Source of the DNA: a bacterium BMS3Bbin13
GTDB taxonomy: Bacteria > Pseudomonadota > Gammaproteobacteria > 21-64-14
Assembly (NCBI GenBank): GCA_002897735.1
Contig: BDTW01000021.1
Coordinates: forward strand, 2,293 to 66,292
Direction of reading: 5' to 3'
Length of the DNA: 64,000 nt
Of the stretch, positions 42,578 to 52,877 are shown one piece after another. Under the pieces are notes generated by a model that saw only the letters and a program-made list of their open reading frames with translations, was not told where the DNA came from and ran no database searches. Every line of letters begins with the position of its first letter. Within the stretch, counting starts at the first letter, position 1. The translations under genes and the position numbers were made by a program.

Positions 42578-43216
42578 ATGCGTAGCATCATGGTGCTGAA
42601 CGCCAAGGGCGGCAGCGGAAAGAGCGTCATCGCGACCAACCTCGCCTGCTTCTACGCACTGGACGGGGCGAACGTGGTGCTCGCCGACTTCGACCCGCGG
42701 GGCTCCGCGCTGGAGTGGCTGGCGCATCGTCCGCCGACGCGGCCCCGGGTACAGGGCATCGCGGCCTGGCGGGGACCGTTCCGGGTCCCGCGCGGCACCG
42801 AGTACCTGATCATGGACAGCCCGGCGGCGGTGCACGGGGATCAACTCTCGGCGCTGGCGCAGCGCGCCGCCGTGCTCATCGTCCCTGTGCTTCCGTCTCC
42901 CCCGGACACCCGCGCGGCGGCGCACTTCATCGAGGAACTGCTGCTGGTCGGGCGGGTCTCGCGCCGCGATCCGAGCCTGGCGGTGATCGCCAACCGCGTG
43001 CGCGAACAGACTCCGGGGTTCCAAGACCTCGAGCGGTTCCTCAAACGTCTCGCCATCCCCTACGTCACCGCCCTGCGCGAGAGCCGGAACTACCGTCGCG
43101 CGGCCGAGCGCGGGCTGGGGATCTTCGAACTCGCACCGTCCCTGGTGGCGCCCGACCTGCTCCAGTGGCGCCCGCTGCTGGATTGGCTGGAACACAACCG
43201 CCGCCGGGGATGTTGA
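42578..43216 (+). CDS. Short ParA-family ATPase
   Basis: Deviant Walker A NAKGGSGKS, DFDPRGS, MDSP. Confidence 0.88.
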   Translation: MRSIMVLNAKGGSGKSVIATNLACFYALDGANVVLADFDPRGSALEWLAHRPPTRPRVQGIAAWRGPFRVPRGTEYLIMDSPAAVHGDQLSALAQRAAVLIVPVLPSPPDTRAAAHFIEELLLVGRVSRRDPSLAVIANRVREQTPGFQDLERFLKRLAIPYVTALRESRNYRRAAERGLGIFELAPSLVAPDLLQWRPLLDWLEHNRRRGC

Positions 43217-43382
43217 CCCTTTCAGGACGCCCGGGCCGTCCATTCAGGCGGACGGCCGGGCCGGTGTGGCATGGCGCCGCACCGGGTCCCTCGTGCAGCC
43301 GGCGATCACCACAGGGTTCGCGGGTTTTCCCGCCCCGACGAATCGGGGACAATGGTTCGGTTGTCTACGGTGGGATTTGATC

Positions 43383-44417
43383 ATGGCCTTTCACGTCAGC
43401 CTACGGCCCAGCGGGCACGGGTTCGAGATCGAGGACGGCGAGACCGTACTCGAAGCGGCGTTGCGCGCGGACCTCGCCTTACCGTACGGCTGTCGCAACG
43501 GCACCTGCGGCACCTGCCGGGGGCGCGTGCTCTCCGGCGGGATCGACTACCGGGGTCCGACGCCGCCCGGAATCACGCCGGAGGAGGAGGCCGAGGGCCA
43601 CGCCCTGCTCTGCAGCGCCTACCCGGTCTCCGACCTCGTGATCGAGATGCGCGAGATCGGCGCCGCCAAGGGCATCGTGGTCAAGACCCTGCCCTGTCGG
43701 GTGACGCGCATGGAGCGGCTCGCACCGGACGTGATGCGCCTGTTCCTGAAGACGCCGGACGCCGAGCGTCTGCAGTTCCTCGCCGGGCAGTACCTCGACA
43801 TCCTGCTGCGCGGCGGCGGCCGGCGTTCGTTCTCGCTCGCCAACGCCCCGCACGACGGCGAACTGCTCGAGCTGCATATACGGCATGTGGAAGGCGGGCG
43901 TTTCAGCGGTCACGTCTTCACCAAGATGAAGGAAAAGGACCTGCTGCGCTTCCAAGGGCCGCTCGGCGGTTTCTTTCTGCGCGAGGACTCGGAGCGCCCG
44001 ATCATCATGGTGGGCGGGGGCACGGGCTTCGCGCCGCTCAAGGGTATGCTCGAACACGCCTTCCACGAAGGGATCGAGCGCCCGATCCACCTATACCGGG
44101 GCGCGCGTGCGCGGCACGACCTCTATCTGCACGAACTGCCGCTCGGCTGGGCCGGCCGATATCCCGACTTCCGCTACACACCCGTGCTCTCCGAGGCCGG
44201 TCCCGCCGAGGACTGGGGCGGGCACCGGGGCTTCGTGCATGAGGCCGTGATCCACGACCATCCGGACCTGAGCGCCCACGAGGTCTACATGAGCGGTCCG
44301 CCGCCCATGATCGAGGCGGCCAAGCGCGTCTTTCACGAACACGGCCTCCCCCTCGATCGCCTCTACTACGACTCCTTCGCGCCCGCGCGGGATTCCCACT
44401 CCACAGCGGCGGGCTGA
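43383..44417 (+). CDS. 2Fe-2S/FAD/NAD oxidoreductase (CDP-6-deoxy-delta-3,4-glucoseen reductase-like)
   Basis: YGCRNGTCGTC, RSFSLAN, GGTGFAP, YMSGPPPM. Confidence 0.9.
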   Translation: MAFHVSLRPSGHGFEIEDGETVLEAALRADLALPYGCRNGTCGTCRGRVLSGGIDYRGPTPPGITPEEEAEGHALLCSAYPVSDLVIEMREIGAAKGIVVKTLPCRVTRMERLAPDVMRLFLKTPDAERLQFLAGQYLDILLRGGGRRSFSLANAPHDGELLELHIRHVEGGRFSGHVFTKMKEKDLLRFQGPLGGFFLREDSERPIIMVGGGTGFAPLKGMLEHAFHEGIERPIHLYRGARARHDLYLHELPLGWAGRYPDFRYTPVLSEAGPAEDWGGHRGFVHEAVIHDHPDLSAHEVYMSGPPPMIEAAKRVFHEHGLPLDRLYYDSFAPARDSHSTAAG

Positions 44418-44627
44418 GGCTCGCCCTACACGCGTATCGGCAACCGCGCCCCGCCCTACACACCGATCGGCGACCGCGCCCTCCTGTAGGGCCGGGCTCG
44501 CCCGGCCGGCACCGTGAAACCACCCCGCCGCAACTCGGGAATATCCAACGTCGTCGGCGGGGCGAGCCCCGCCCTACACGCCGATCAGCGACCGCGCCCT
44601 CCTGTAGGGCCGGGCGTGCCCGGCCGA
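44407..44627. repeat. Cluster of GTAGGG-type REPs (four full, one truncated)
   Basis: 44407-44429, truncated 44449-44459, 44486-44508, 44555-44577, 44604-44627, with shared linkers. Confidence 0.85.
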
Positions 44628-44680
44628 CCACCGTGGAGGGGCCGATCTCCCGCATGCCCCGCCAGGAGCCCCCGAGTCCG

Positions 44681-45952
44681 TCAGGACGCGGCGCGGGCGC
44701 CGGGTACGAGACCGGACGCGGCGGCCGGCAGCGGCAGGCCCTTCGGCACCGGACCCGGCAGTCGCGGATCGGTCTCCACCGCCAGATCGAGTCCCTTGCG
44801 ATAGTGCTCCCGGGCCGCATCCTGTTCGCCCAGTTGTTCGAGCAGCCGCCCGAGTTCGCGGTAGGCGGCCGGCTGCGGTCCGGCGCCGATGCTCGCCTCC
44901 AGGTAGCTGCGCGCCTTACCCCAGAGCCGGTTGCGCAGGCACAGGCGCCCGAGCGCGAGCAGCAGGACCGGATTGCGCTCGTGCCCCGACAACCATGACT
45001 CGGCGGTTTTCAGTTGGCGACCGGGGTCGGGATCGGCGATCACGCCATAGCACGCGACGAGCGCCTCGCTCCAGGAACGTTGCAACGCCTCGCGCAGCAG
45101 CGGCTCGGCCTCGGCCTCGGCGCCGAACTCGCGCAGGTGGCCCACGTAGCACAGCAACAGCGCCTCGTCGTAGCGCAGGCGCCGCGGCACCCGTGCCCAG
45201 GCGGCGCGCAGTCGGGTCAGGTCACCGTCGCGCGCGGCCTCGTCGAGCAGCGCCGCATGCACACGCCGCTCCAGTTCCGCGGCCTGGACCGGATCGACGA
45301 CGCGGCGCCGGCGCAACTCCGGCAGCAAGTCGCGAAGGGCCGCCCATTCGTGCAGATCGCCGTAGAGGGCCGTCAACAGCTTCAGCACGTGGACATGGCG
45401 CGGCGCGAGGGTGCGCAGGTGTGTGAGGGTGGCGAGGGCCTGCTCGGACTGGCGGTCGGCGATCTGCATCTCCGCCTGGGTCAGGCCGACCGCCACATCG
45501 GCCTCCGGCATGCTCTCGTGGGCCCGCGCGAGGTAGCGGTCGCGACGATCGTGCGCGCCCTGCCGGTGTGCCGCACGCGCCGCTCCGAGGTAGTGGAGCA
45601 GCGGCGTGTCGCCGGCGTCCGCGCTGCGCGCCAGGGTGCGCTCGGCGTCCGCCCAGCGGCCCTCGGCGAGCTGCAACAGGCCGCGCGTGAGCGCGCCGCG
45701 CGCACGCCGCGCGTGGCGCTGCACCCGCCAGTGTCGCACACGTCCGGGCAGGTGGCGGGCACCCGAGACGCTCCGCAGCAACAGATAAAAGGCCACGAAT
45801 CCGAGGAGCACGACCACCGCCGCCAGCGACAACGTGGTCTCCACACGCCAGTGACCGTAGGCGATCAGCACGTAGCCCGGATCGCGCAGCACGAGCAGGG
45901 CGGCGGCGACCGCCGCCACCACCGCCGCCAGCAGCAGCGCCAGGGCTTTCAT
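44681..45952 (-). CDS. hemY: HemY N-terminal/TPR membrane protein
   Basis: DPGYVLI...VETTL, TPR helices, LWGKARSYLE; hemCDXY order. Confidence 0.88.
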   Translation of the reverse strand: MKALALLLAAVVAAVAAALLVLRDPGYVLIAYGHWRVETTLSLAAVVVLLGFVAFYLLLRSVSGARHLPGRVRHWRVQRHARRARGALTRGLLQLAEGRWADAERTLARSADAGDTPLLHYLGAARAAHRQGAHDRRDRYLARAHESMPEADVAVGLTQAEMQIADRQSEQALATLTHLRTLAPRHVHVLKLLTALYGDLHEWAALRDLLPELRRRRVVDPVQAAELERRVHAALLDEAARDGDLTRLRAAWARVPRRLRYDEALLLCYVGHLREFGAEAEAEPLLREALQRSWSEALVACYGVIADPDPGRQLKTAESWLSGHERNPVLLLALGRLCLRNRLWGKARSYLEASIGAGPQPAAYRELGRLLEQLGEQDAAREHYRKGLDLAVETDPRLPGPVPKGLPLPAAASGLVPGARAAS

Positions 45953-47025
45953 CCCCCGGCGCCCGTGCCCGTCGGAGTGGGGCCGTAGGTGCCGCCCGCG
46001 ATGCGCCGCAGCAGGCGCAACGAGCCGGAGAGATCGGGGAGCCGCGTGGTGACGCGCGCACCGGCGAGCCGCCGGATTTCGGTCTCGGCCGCGCGGGTGG
46101 CGGGCGCCTGCGGGTCGAAGTACTCGGCGACCCACCGCCCGGCGGTCTCGAGACTCGAGCGGTATATACCGGGCTCACTCCCGAGCAAGGCCAGGCGCGC
46201 GGTTTCCAGTTGCAGGATGAGGTTCTGGTACAGAAAATAGCGTTCCCGGGGCGCCAGCAAGGGACGCGTGGGGTGTTCGACCCGGCGGATGACCACGAGG
46301 CTGCGCAGGCTGTCGCCGACCTCGCGCAACGCCGCCCGCCAGCCGTGCGCCGCCGCGCCGCGGGCGGGTTCGCCCGCGCCCCCGATCGGCCGTACCCGCG
46401 CGCCGGCCACCGGCAGCGTATCGACCTGCGCGATGAGCGCAGCGATCCGTGCCTCGAGCCCCGTCCGGTCGACACGCGGCGCCGCCTTGAGTGCGGCGAT
46501 CTCCTGCGCGAGGCGCTCGCGCACCGGACGGAACGCCGGATCGGCGAGCGCCGCGAGGCGCCGGTCCGCTTCTTCGAGCGCGGCCAGCGCGGTGACGGCG
46601 TCGCCGCTCAACCGGGCGCGCTGGTTGGCGATCGACAACAGGTACTCGGCCTCGGCGACGATCCAGCCGCCGCGATCGCGCCCCAAGCGGGTCCGCAATG
46701 ACGAGAACGCCCGCTCCAGGTCGCGCTCGCGTGCCTCGCGAGCGGCCTCGGCGCGATCCATGCGCGCGGCGCTCGCCGTCAGCCGCACGCGCAACGCGGC
46801 GACCTGCGATTCGAGGCTCGCGCGCGCGCGCGCCTCACGGTACTGGTGCCAACCCAGCCAGCCGGCGCCGCCGAGGGCCGCCAGGGCGACCAGCAACGCC
46901 AGGATCGCAATCCATACGCCCCAACGGCCGGGACGCGCGCGCGCGGTGTCGTCCGGCGCCGCCCCGGCCTGCGCGTGCTTCTCACCCGCCCCGGCCTGCG
47001 CCGGGACCGACCCCTGTTCGCTCAT
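45949..47025 (-). CDS. hemX: HemX family protein
   Basis: TM helix plus coiled coil, WIVAEAEYLL, LQLETARLAL. Confidence 0.88.
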   Translation of the reverse strand: MSEQGSVPAQAGAGEKHAQAGAAPDDTARARPGRWGVWIAILALLVALAALGGAGWLGWHQYREARARASLESQVAALRVRLTASAARMDRAEAAREARERDLERAFSSLRTRLGRDRGGWIVAEAEYLLSIANQRARLSGDAVTALAALEEADRRLAALADPAFRPVRERLAQEIAALKAAPRVDRTGLEARIAALIAQVDTLPVAGARVRPIGGAGEPARGAAAHGWRAALREVGDSLRSLVVIRRVEHPTRPLLAPRERYFLYQNLILQLETARLALLGSEPGIYRSSLETAGRWVAEYFDPQAPATRAAETEIRRLAGARVTTRLPDLSGSLRLLRRIAGGTYGPTPTGTGAGG

Positions 47026-47196
47026 GCCCGCCGCTCTCCCCGACGCCGCGGCGCCGGTGAACGCCGCAGGCCGTTTCGCTGTCGCCGCGCCCGCCCCCGC
47101 CACGCGGGCGTGCCGGGGCGTTCGCTCCTGTGGGAATGGTAACGGATCACGCGCGCCGATGTAGGGTGGCGGCCGTGCCCCGGCGAGGCGCGCGCG

Positions 47197-47997
47197 TCAA
47201 TCATGCCGCCGGCGCACCCATTCCCCGACGGCGGCGACCAGGGCCTCGTCGCTCGCCTCGCGAGCCACCGTCACCGACTCGCGGCAACCGAGTTCCCGGG
47301 CGAGCGCGGCGGTGCGTTCGCTCACGGTCACCAGCGGGGTGCGGCACAGCCACTGCCGGCCGAGCCTCCCGGTCAGTTCGAACAGGTTGCGCAGCCCCTC
47401 GCTGCTGGTGACGGTGACGATCTGCAGCTCGCCGCGCACCCAGTGGCGCAGCACTCGGCCCACGTCGGCGTCCGGACGGGCGCGGCGGTAGGCCTCGGCG
47501 TACTCGACGCGCGCACCACGCCGGCGCAGCTCGTCACCCAGCAGCTCGCGCCCGCCGTCACCCCGAAAGATGACGATGCGCCGGCCCGCCACCGCCTGCA
47601 TCGCCTCGGTCGCCAGCAGCGCCTCGCTGTTGAACGGCGGCGCCGGAACGATGTCCGCCGGTACCCCGGCGCGTGCCAGCTCCTTCGCCGAACCCCGACC
47701 GATCGCGGCGATACGCAACGTCGGCGGCAGCGGGCGGCGGCCGGGCAACCGGTTCAGGGTCCTGGTCACGGCATTGGAGCTGATGAAGATCGCCAGATCG
47801 AACTCCTCGATCCGTTCGATCACCGAGAGCAGGGGGCCCGGATCCGCCGGGTCGAGGATCTCCAGCACGGGGAAGCGGATCGCGCATCCGCCCGCGGCCT
47901 CGATCCGGCGGCAGAGGGGCTCGGACTGGTGCGCCGGACGGGTGACCAGGATCCCCACCCCCGCCAGCGGCGCCGTCTCTCCGGGTGATCGTGCCAT
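47197..47997 (-). CDS. hemD: Uroporphyrinogen-III synthase
   Basis: ILVTRP, FISSNAV, NSEALL, GDGGRELL, VTSSEG. Confidence 0.94.
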   Translation of the reverse strand: MARSPGETAPLAGVGILVTRPAHQSEPLCRRIEAAGGCAIRFPVLEILDPADPGPLLSVIERIEEFDLAIFISSNAVTRTLNRLPGRRPLPPTLRIAAIGRGSAKELARAGVPADIVPAPPFNSEALLATEAMQAVAGRRIVIFRGDGGRELLGDELRRRGARVEYAEAYRRARPDADVGRVLRHWVRGELQIVTVTSSEGLRNLFELTGRLGRQWLCRTPLVTVSERTAALARELGCRESVTVAREASDEALVAAVGEWVRRRHD

Positions 47998-48016
47998 CGC
48001 GCCCCTCCCCGCGGGT

Positions 48017-48949
48017 TCAATCCCCTGCGGAAAACAGCTCCTCGAGGATGCGCGCCGCGCCGCGCCCGAGCAGTTCCTCGGCAAGCGCGCGCCCGAGCGC
48101 CGCGGCCTCGTCGCCCGTCCCCCGCGCCTCGCCTTCCACGAGTTCACGCCCATCGGGGCGGCCGACGAGACCGCGCAGGAGCAGCGCCGTACCGTCGAGC
48201 GTCGCATACCCGGCGATGGGAACCTGACAGCCGCCGCCGAGGCGCGCGCCGAACGCACGCTCGGCGTTCACCCGGGTATGGGTCGCCGGGTCGTCGAGCG
48301 GCAGGATCCGTTCCATCACCCGTGCGTCGTCCGCCCGGCACTCGATGCCGATCGCGCCCTGACCGACCGCCGGCAGGCTCTGCTCCGGTTCCAGGAACGC
48401 GGTGATCCGCCCGCCCAGGCCGAGACGCTTGAGGCCGGCCGCGGCGAGGATCACGGCATCGTAGTCGCCGTGGTCGAGCTTGGCGAGCCGCGTGCCCACG
48501 TTGCCGCGCAGATCGACGATACGCAGGTGCGGATGGCGCGCGCGCAACTGGCAGGCGCGCCGCAGGCTGGAGGTGCCGACCCGCGCCCCGGAGGGAAGTC
48601 CGGCGAGGTCCGGGCAAGGCGAGAGGAAGGCGTCACGCGCGTCCTCGCGCGGCAGGACGACCGGGAGGACGAGCCCCTCCGGCAGATCGGCCGGGACGTC
48701 CTTGAGCGAGTGTACCGCCAGATCCGCCTGCCGACCCTGGAGGCTCTCCTCCAATTCCTTGAGAAACAACCCCTTGCCGCCAATCTTCGCAAGCGGGCTG
48801 TCGAGGATCCGATCCCCCTTGGTCTGCATCGCCAACAGTTCGACCCGCAGGCCGGGATTCCGCCGCTGCAACTCGTCGCGAACCCGGTTCGCCTGCCACA
48901 GGGCGAGCGCGCTGCGGCGCGTGGCGATACGCAGCACGGCACCGGTCAC
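48017..48949 (-). CDS. hemC: Hydroxymethylbilane synthase
   Basis: [43 protein letters not shown]. Confidence 0.97.
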   Translation of the reverse strand: MTGAVLRIATRRSALALWQANRVRDELQRRNPGLRVELLAMQTKGDRILDSPLAKIGGKGLFLKELEESLQGRQADLAVHSLKDVPADLPEGLVLPVVLPREDARDAFLSPCPDLAGLPSGARVGTSSLRRACQLRARHPHLRIVDLRGNVGTRLAKLDHGDYDAVILAAAGLKRLGLGGRITAFLEPEQSLPAVGQGAIGIECRADDARVMERILPLDDPATHTRVNAERAFGARLGGGCQVPIAGYATLDGTALLLRGLVGRPDGRELVEGEARGTGDEAAALGRALAEELLGRGAARILEELFSAGD

Positions 48950-49061
48950 GAGCCGGTCTCCGATACCAAAACCATATGATTTCCCTCAGGAACCATGCAC
49001 GATGCAGGGGCCGGACCCATCCTATGCCGGGGCGCGCTCAGAGGCAAATCGATGCGCGGCC

Positions 49062-49823
49062 TCAGCCAAGCCGGGCACCGGCTGCGAGGCGCACCAGCCG
49101 CCGCAGCCGCGGCAGGTGGCGGCGGCTGACCTCGAGCCGCGTATCCGCACCACGCACCCGCGCGTAGACGTGCCCGTCCGGACCGCGCTCGAGGCCCGCG
49201 AGATAGGCGCGCGCCACCAGGGCGTTGCGGTGTACGCGGAGAAACCGTTCGCCGAATTCCCGCTCCAGGGCCGTGAGGCTCTCTTCGATCAGGACTTCGC
49301 GTACGCTCCCGCGTACGGTGACGTACTTGTGTCCCGCCTGCAGGTAGCGGATGTCCTCGACCGCCACCAGTACGAGGTCGCCGCGCACGCGCGCGCACAA
49401 ATGGGTACGCGCAGCGGTATCTGCCCCGCCGCCCCCGTCCGCGCGCAACGTGTCGAGCTGCGCGCGGGTCAGGCGGCGCGTCCTCTCCAGCGCGGCGGCG
49501 AGCCGCTCGCGGCGGATCGGCTTGAGCAGATAGTCGACGGCGTGGGCCTCGAAGGCCTCCAGGGCGTGGTCGCCATAGGCCGTGGTGAAGATGACGGCCG
49601 GCGGGCGCTCGAAGGCGGCGACGTGGCGCGCCGCCTCGAGTCCGTCCATCCCCGGCATGCGAATATCCAGCAGCACCACGTCCGGGGCGAGTTCGTGGGC
49701 GCGCAGGATGGCCTCGCGCCCGTCGGCCGCCTCGCCGAGCACCGTGTGGCCCCCGATCTCGGCGATCAGGGCGCGGAGTCGGCGCCGCGCCAGGGCCTCG
49801 TCGTCGGCGATCACGATCTTCAC
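49062..49823 (-). CDS. algR: LytTR response regulator, AlgR-like
   Basis: DDE, LLDIRMPGMDG, DYLLKP, RVHRN, VSRRH; argH-algZ-algR-hemC synteny. Confidence 0.88.
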   Translation of the reverse strand: MKIVIADDEALARRRLRALIAEIGGHTVLGEAADGREAILRAHELAPDVVLLDIRMPGMDGLEAARHVAAFERPPAVIFTTAYGDHALEAFEAHAVDYLLKPIRRERLAAALERTRRLTRAQLDTLRADGGGGADTAARTHLCARVRGDLVLVAVEDIRYLQAGHKYVTVRGSVREVLIEESLTALEREFGERFLRVHRNALVARAYLAGLERGPDGHVYARVRGADTRLEVSRRHLPRLRRLVRLAAGARLG

Positions 49824-50914
49824 GGCGCCCCCCCGCCGGCCCGGCCCGCCGGCGCACCGGCCGGGGGCGCGCCGGGAAGCCGCATCCGCACCTCGAACAC
49901 GCCGCCGGTGCTGCGCACCGTGAGTGCACCCTCGTCCCCGTAGGCGAGGGCGAGGCGCTGACGGATGTTCTCCAGGGCCATGCGGTGGCCCTCACGGCGC
50001 TGCGGCGCGGCGTCGGGCACCGGGTTGCGAAGCACGAAGACCACCGCACCGCCTTCCCGACGACCCTCGACGCGGATCTCGCCGCCTTCCGCGCACGGCT
50101 CGATCCCGTGATAGACCGCATTCTCGAACAACGGCTGCAGGATCAGCGGCGGCACCGGGAGATCGAGCGGCAGGTCGCCGATCCTCCAGTCGACCCGAAG
50201 CCGATCACCGAGGCGCAGGGCCTCGATGCGCAGGTAGCGCCGCGCCATCTCGATCTCCTCGCCGAGCCCGACCTGCCGGCGCGAATCGGCCAGGCCGGCC
50301 CGAAACAGGTCGGCGAGGTCCTCCACGGCCTCCTCCGCGAGTTCGGGGTGTTCGCGCGTGAGACCGGCGATGGTATTCATGCTGTTGAACAGGAAGTGCG
50401 GGCGGATGCGCGACTGCAGGGCCTGCAACCGCGCGCGGGCCTCGGCCTGTACGTTGCGCCGCCACTGGTGTTGCACGTACAGGTAGCGCAGCACCACGGC
50501 GCTGATGATGGCGGCGATCAGCAGGTTGCGCAGGACGAAGGCCCCGTGCGTCTCGTGCACCCCGCCGTAATGCAGCCCCTTCCACTGCAGCAGCCGGAAG
50601 GCCGCCTCGCTCACGGCCAGCGTGACGGCGAGGAGCACGCCGTAGCTCACCCAGCCCGCGCGGGTGTCGCCGAGGCGCGCCAGCCGCGAACGCAGGGCGC
50701 ACAACGACGCGGCCCCGGCCAGGGCGACCCACTGGATGAACAGCGACACCAGGCTCAGGTCGCTCCACGGATCGGCCGGGACGCGCGGCGGCGCGAGCAC
50801 CAACACCACCGCCAGCAGTTCCGACAGGACGACCACGGCGAACACCGTGCGCACGTCACAGAAATCCGGCAGGAACAGCCGCTCCACACCTTTTGTCGCA
50901 GGTCGTTCAGCCAC
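49820..50914 (-). CDS. algZ: Sensor histidine kinase, AlgZ/FimS-like
   Basis: FLPDFC, TM helices, [22 protein letters not shown]. Confidence 0.86.
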   Translation of the reverse strand: MAERPATKGVERLFLPDFCDVRTVFAVVVLSELLAVVLVLAPPRVPADPWSDLSLVSLFIQWVALAGAASLCALRSRLARLGDTRAGWVSYGVLLAVTLAVSEAAFRLLQWKGLHYGGVHETHGAFVLRNLLIAAIISAVVLRYLYVQHQWRRNVQAEARARLQALQSRIRPHFLFNSMNTIAGLTREHPELAEEAVEDLADLFRAGLADSRRQVGLGEEIEMARRYLRIEALRLGDRLRVDWRIGDLPLDLPVPPLILQPLFENAVYHGIEPCAEGGEIRVEGRREGGAVVFVLRNPVPDAAPQRREGHRMALENIRQRLALAYGDEGALTVRSTGGVFEVRMRLPGAPPAGAPAGRAGGGAP

Positions 50915-51029
50915 GCACCCGGCCCCCGCTCCGATCGCGCCGCGCCCGATCCCGCCGTCGCACTACGGCGGGAGGGGTCCGGAAACTTGCTATACTGCGG
51001 CCCAGTATATCGACAGGCACGGCGGAACC

Positions 51030-52418
51030 ATGAAGGACGGCGCACCGGACAAACCCTGGGGGGGACGCTTCAGCGAACCTACCGACACCTTCGTGGAGGC
51101 CTTCACCGCCTCGGTCCTCTTCGATCGGCGCCTGTACGCCTACGATATCGAGGGCTCCATCGCCCACGCGCGGATGCTGGAGCGGGCCGGCATCCTGGAC
51201 CGACGCGAGCGCCAAGCCATCGTCGACGGCCTGAACGAAGTCCTCGGGGAGATCGAGCGCGGCGATTTCGCCTGGTCGCTGTCCCTCGAGGACGTGCATA
51301 TGAACATCGAGGCGCGCCTGACCGCGCGCATCGGCGACCCCGGCAAGAAGCTGCACACCGGGCGCTCGCGCAACGACCAGGTCGCCACCGACCTGCGCAT
51401 GTATCTGCGCGCCGAGATCGACACCGTGCGCGGGCGGATCCGCGCGCTGCAGACGGCGCTGCTCGACGTCGCCGAGCGCGAGGCCGAGACCGTCATGCCG
51501 GGATTCACGCACCTCCAGGCCGCGCAGCCGGTCACCTTCGGCCACCACATGATGGCCTGGTTCGAGATGCTCGACCGCGACCACGAACGCCTCGCCGAGT
51601 GCCGGCACCGGGTCAACGTACTGCCGCTGGGCGCCGCCGCGCTGGCGGGTACCGGATACCCCATCGACCGCGCCTACACCGCCGAGCTGCTCGGCTTCGA
51701 GACGATCGCCGCGAACTCGCTGGACGCGGTCGGCGACCGCGACTTCGTCATCGAGTTCCTGGCCGACGCCGCGCTGCTCATGACACACCTCTCGCGCATC
51801 GCCGAGGAGCTGATCCTGTGGTCATCCGCGCAATTCGAGTTCGTCGAGTTGCCGGACCGCTATTGCACCGGATCCTCGATCATGCCGCAGAAGAAGAATC
51901 CCGACGTGCCCGAGCTGGTACGCGGCAAGAGCGCGCGCGTGATCGGCCACCTGACGACGCTGCTGGTCCTGATGAAGGCGCAACCCCTGGCGTACAACAA
52001 GGACAACCAGGAGGACAAGGAGCCGCTGTTCGACACGGTCGACACCGTGCGCGACGCGTTGCGGGCGTTCACCGGGCTGATCCCGCAGATGCGGGTCGAG
52101 CGCGAGGAACTGCGGCGCGCGGCGCGGCGCGGCTACACCACGGCCACCGATCTCGCCGACTATCTGGTGCGCAGGGGGGTCGCCTTCCGCGATGCCCACG
52201 AGGCGGTGGGGCGTGCGGTGCGCTTCGGGATCGAACAAGGGCGCGACCTCTCCGAACTGAGCCTCGAGGAGCTGCGCGGTTTCTCCGCGGCCATCGATGA
52301 GGACGTCTATCAGGTGCTCACGCTGGAGGGGTCCGTGGCCTCGCGCGACCACCCCGGCGGCACGGCGCCCGCGCAGGTGCGCGCCGCCATCCGCCGCGCC
52401 CGCGAGCGGCTCACCTGA
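51030..52418 (+). CDS. argH: Argininosuccinate lyase
   Basis: [26 protein letters not shown]. Confidence 0.97.
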   Translation: MKDGAPDKPWGGRFSEPTDTFVEAFTASVLFDRRLYAYDIEGSIAHARMLERAGILDRRERQAIVDGLNEVLGEIERGDFAWSLSLEDVHMNIEARLTARIGDPGKKLHTGRSRNDQVATDLRMYLRAEIDTVRGRIRALQTALLDVAEREAETVMPGFTHLQAAQPVTFGHHMMAWFEMLDRDHERLAECRHRVNVLPLGAAALAGTGYPIDRAYTAELLGFETIAANSLDAVGDRDFVIEFLADAALLMTHLSRIAEELILWSSAQFEFVELPDRYCTGSSIMPQKKNPDVPELVRGKSARVIGHLTTLLVLMKAQPLAYNKDNQEDKEPLFDTVDTVRDALRAFTGLIPQMRVEREELRRAARRGYTTATDLADYLVRRGVAFRDAHEAVGRAVRFGIEQGRDLSELSLEELRGFSAAIDEDVYQVLTLEGSVASRDHPGGTAPAQVRAAIRRARERLT

Positions 52419-52429
52419 GGACGTCCCGA

Positions 52430-52672
52430 TCAGGGGTGGTCGGGGTCGCAGGAACCCTCCCGGATCCATATGCCGCAATCGCAACGCAGCAGGTCGGCGC
52501 CGCTGCAGACGAACTCCCCGTCCTGAAACACGACCCCGTTGAAAAGGCAGACGGGCCGGTCGTCGGCCTGCATGCCGGCCGGCGGAAAGTCCTCATCGGT
52601 CTCATCGGCCACCGGTGAGGTCTCCCGTTCCGGATCCGGGGCACCCACCTGCGGCGGCATCCTCTCTTCCAT
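52430..52672 (-). CDS. Small acidic Cys-rich hypothetical protein
   Basis: SD GGAGGG upstream; CLFNG...VCSG...RCDCGIW...GSC. Confidence 0.65.
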   Translation of the reverse strand: MEERMPPQVGAPDPERETSPVADETDEDFPPAGMQADDRPVCLFNGVVFQDGEFVCSGADLLRCDCGIWIREGSCDPDHP

Positions 52673-52877
52673 ACGCCCACCCTCCCCGGCGGCCCCGCGG
52701 ACCTGCACCTGCGCCGCCGCTGCATTTCAAGGATAGCGCACCCCGACGGGGCCTGCACCGGAACCGCCCCTTTTCTGTAACCGATTGAGAAATACTCGAT
52801 TATCTAATTTTCGCGGGGGTGCCGACCGGGGCCGCGGACTGTAGATCCGGCCGCCGTTGCCGATAATCGGTACGATC

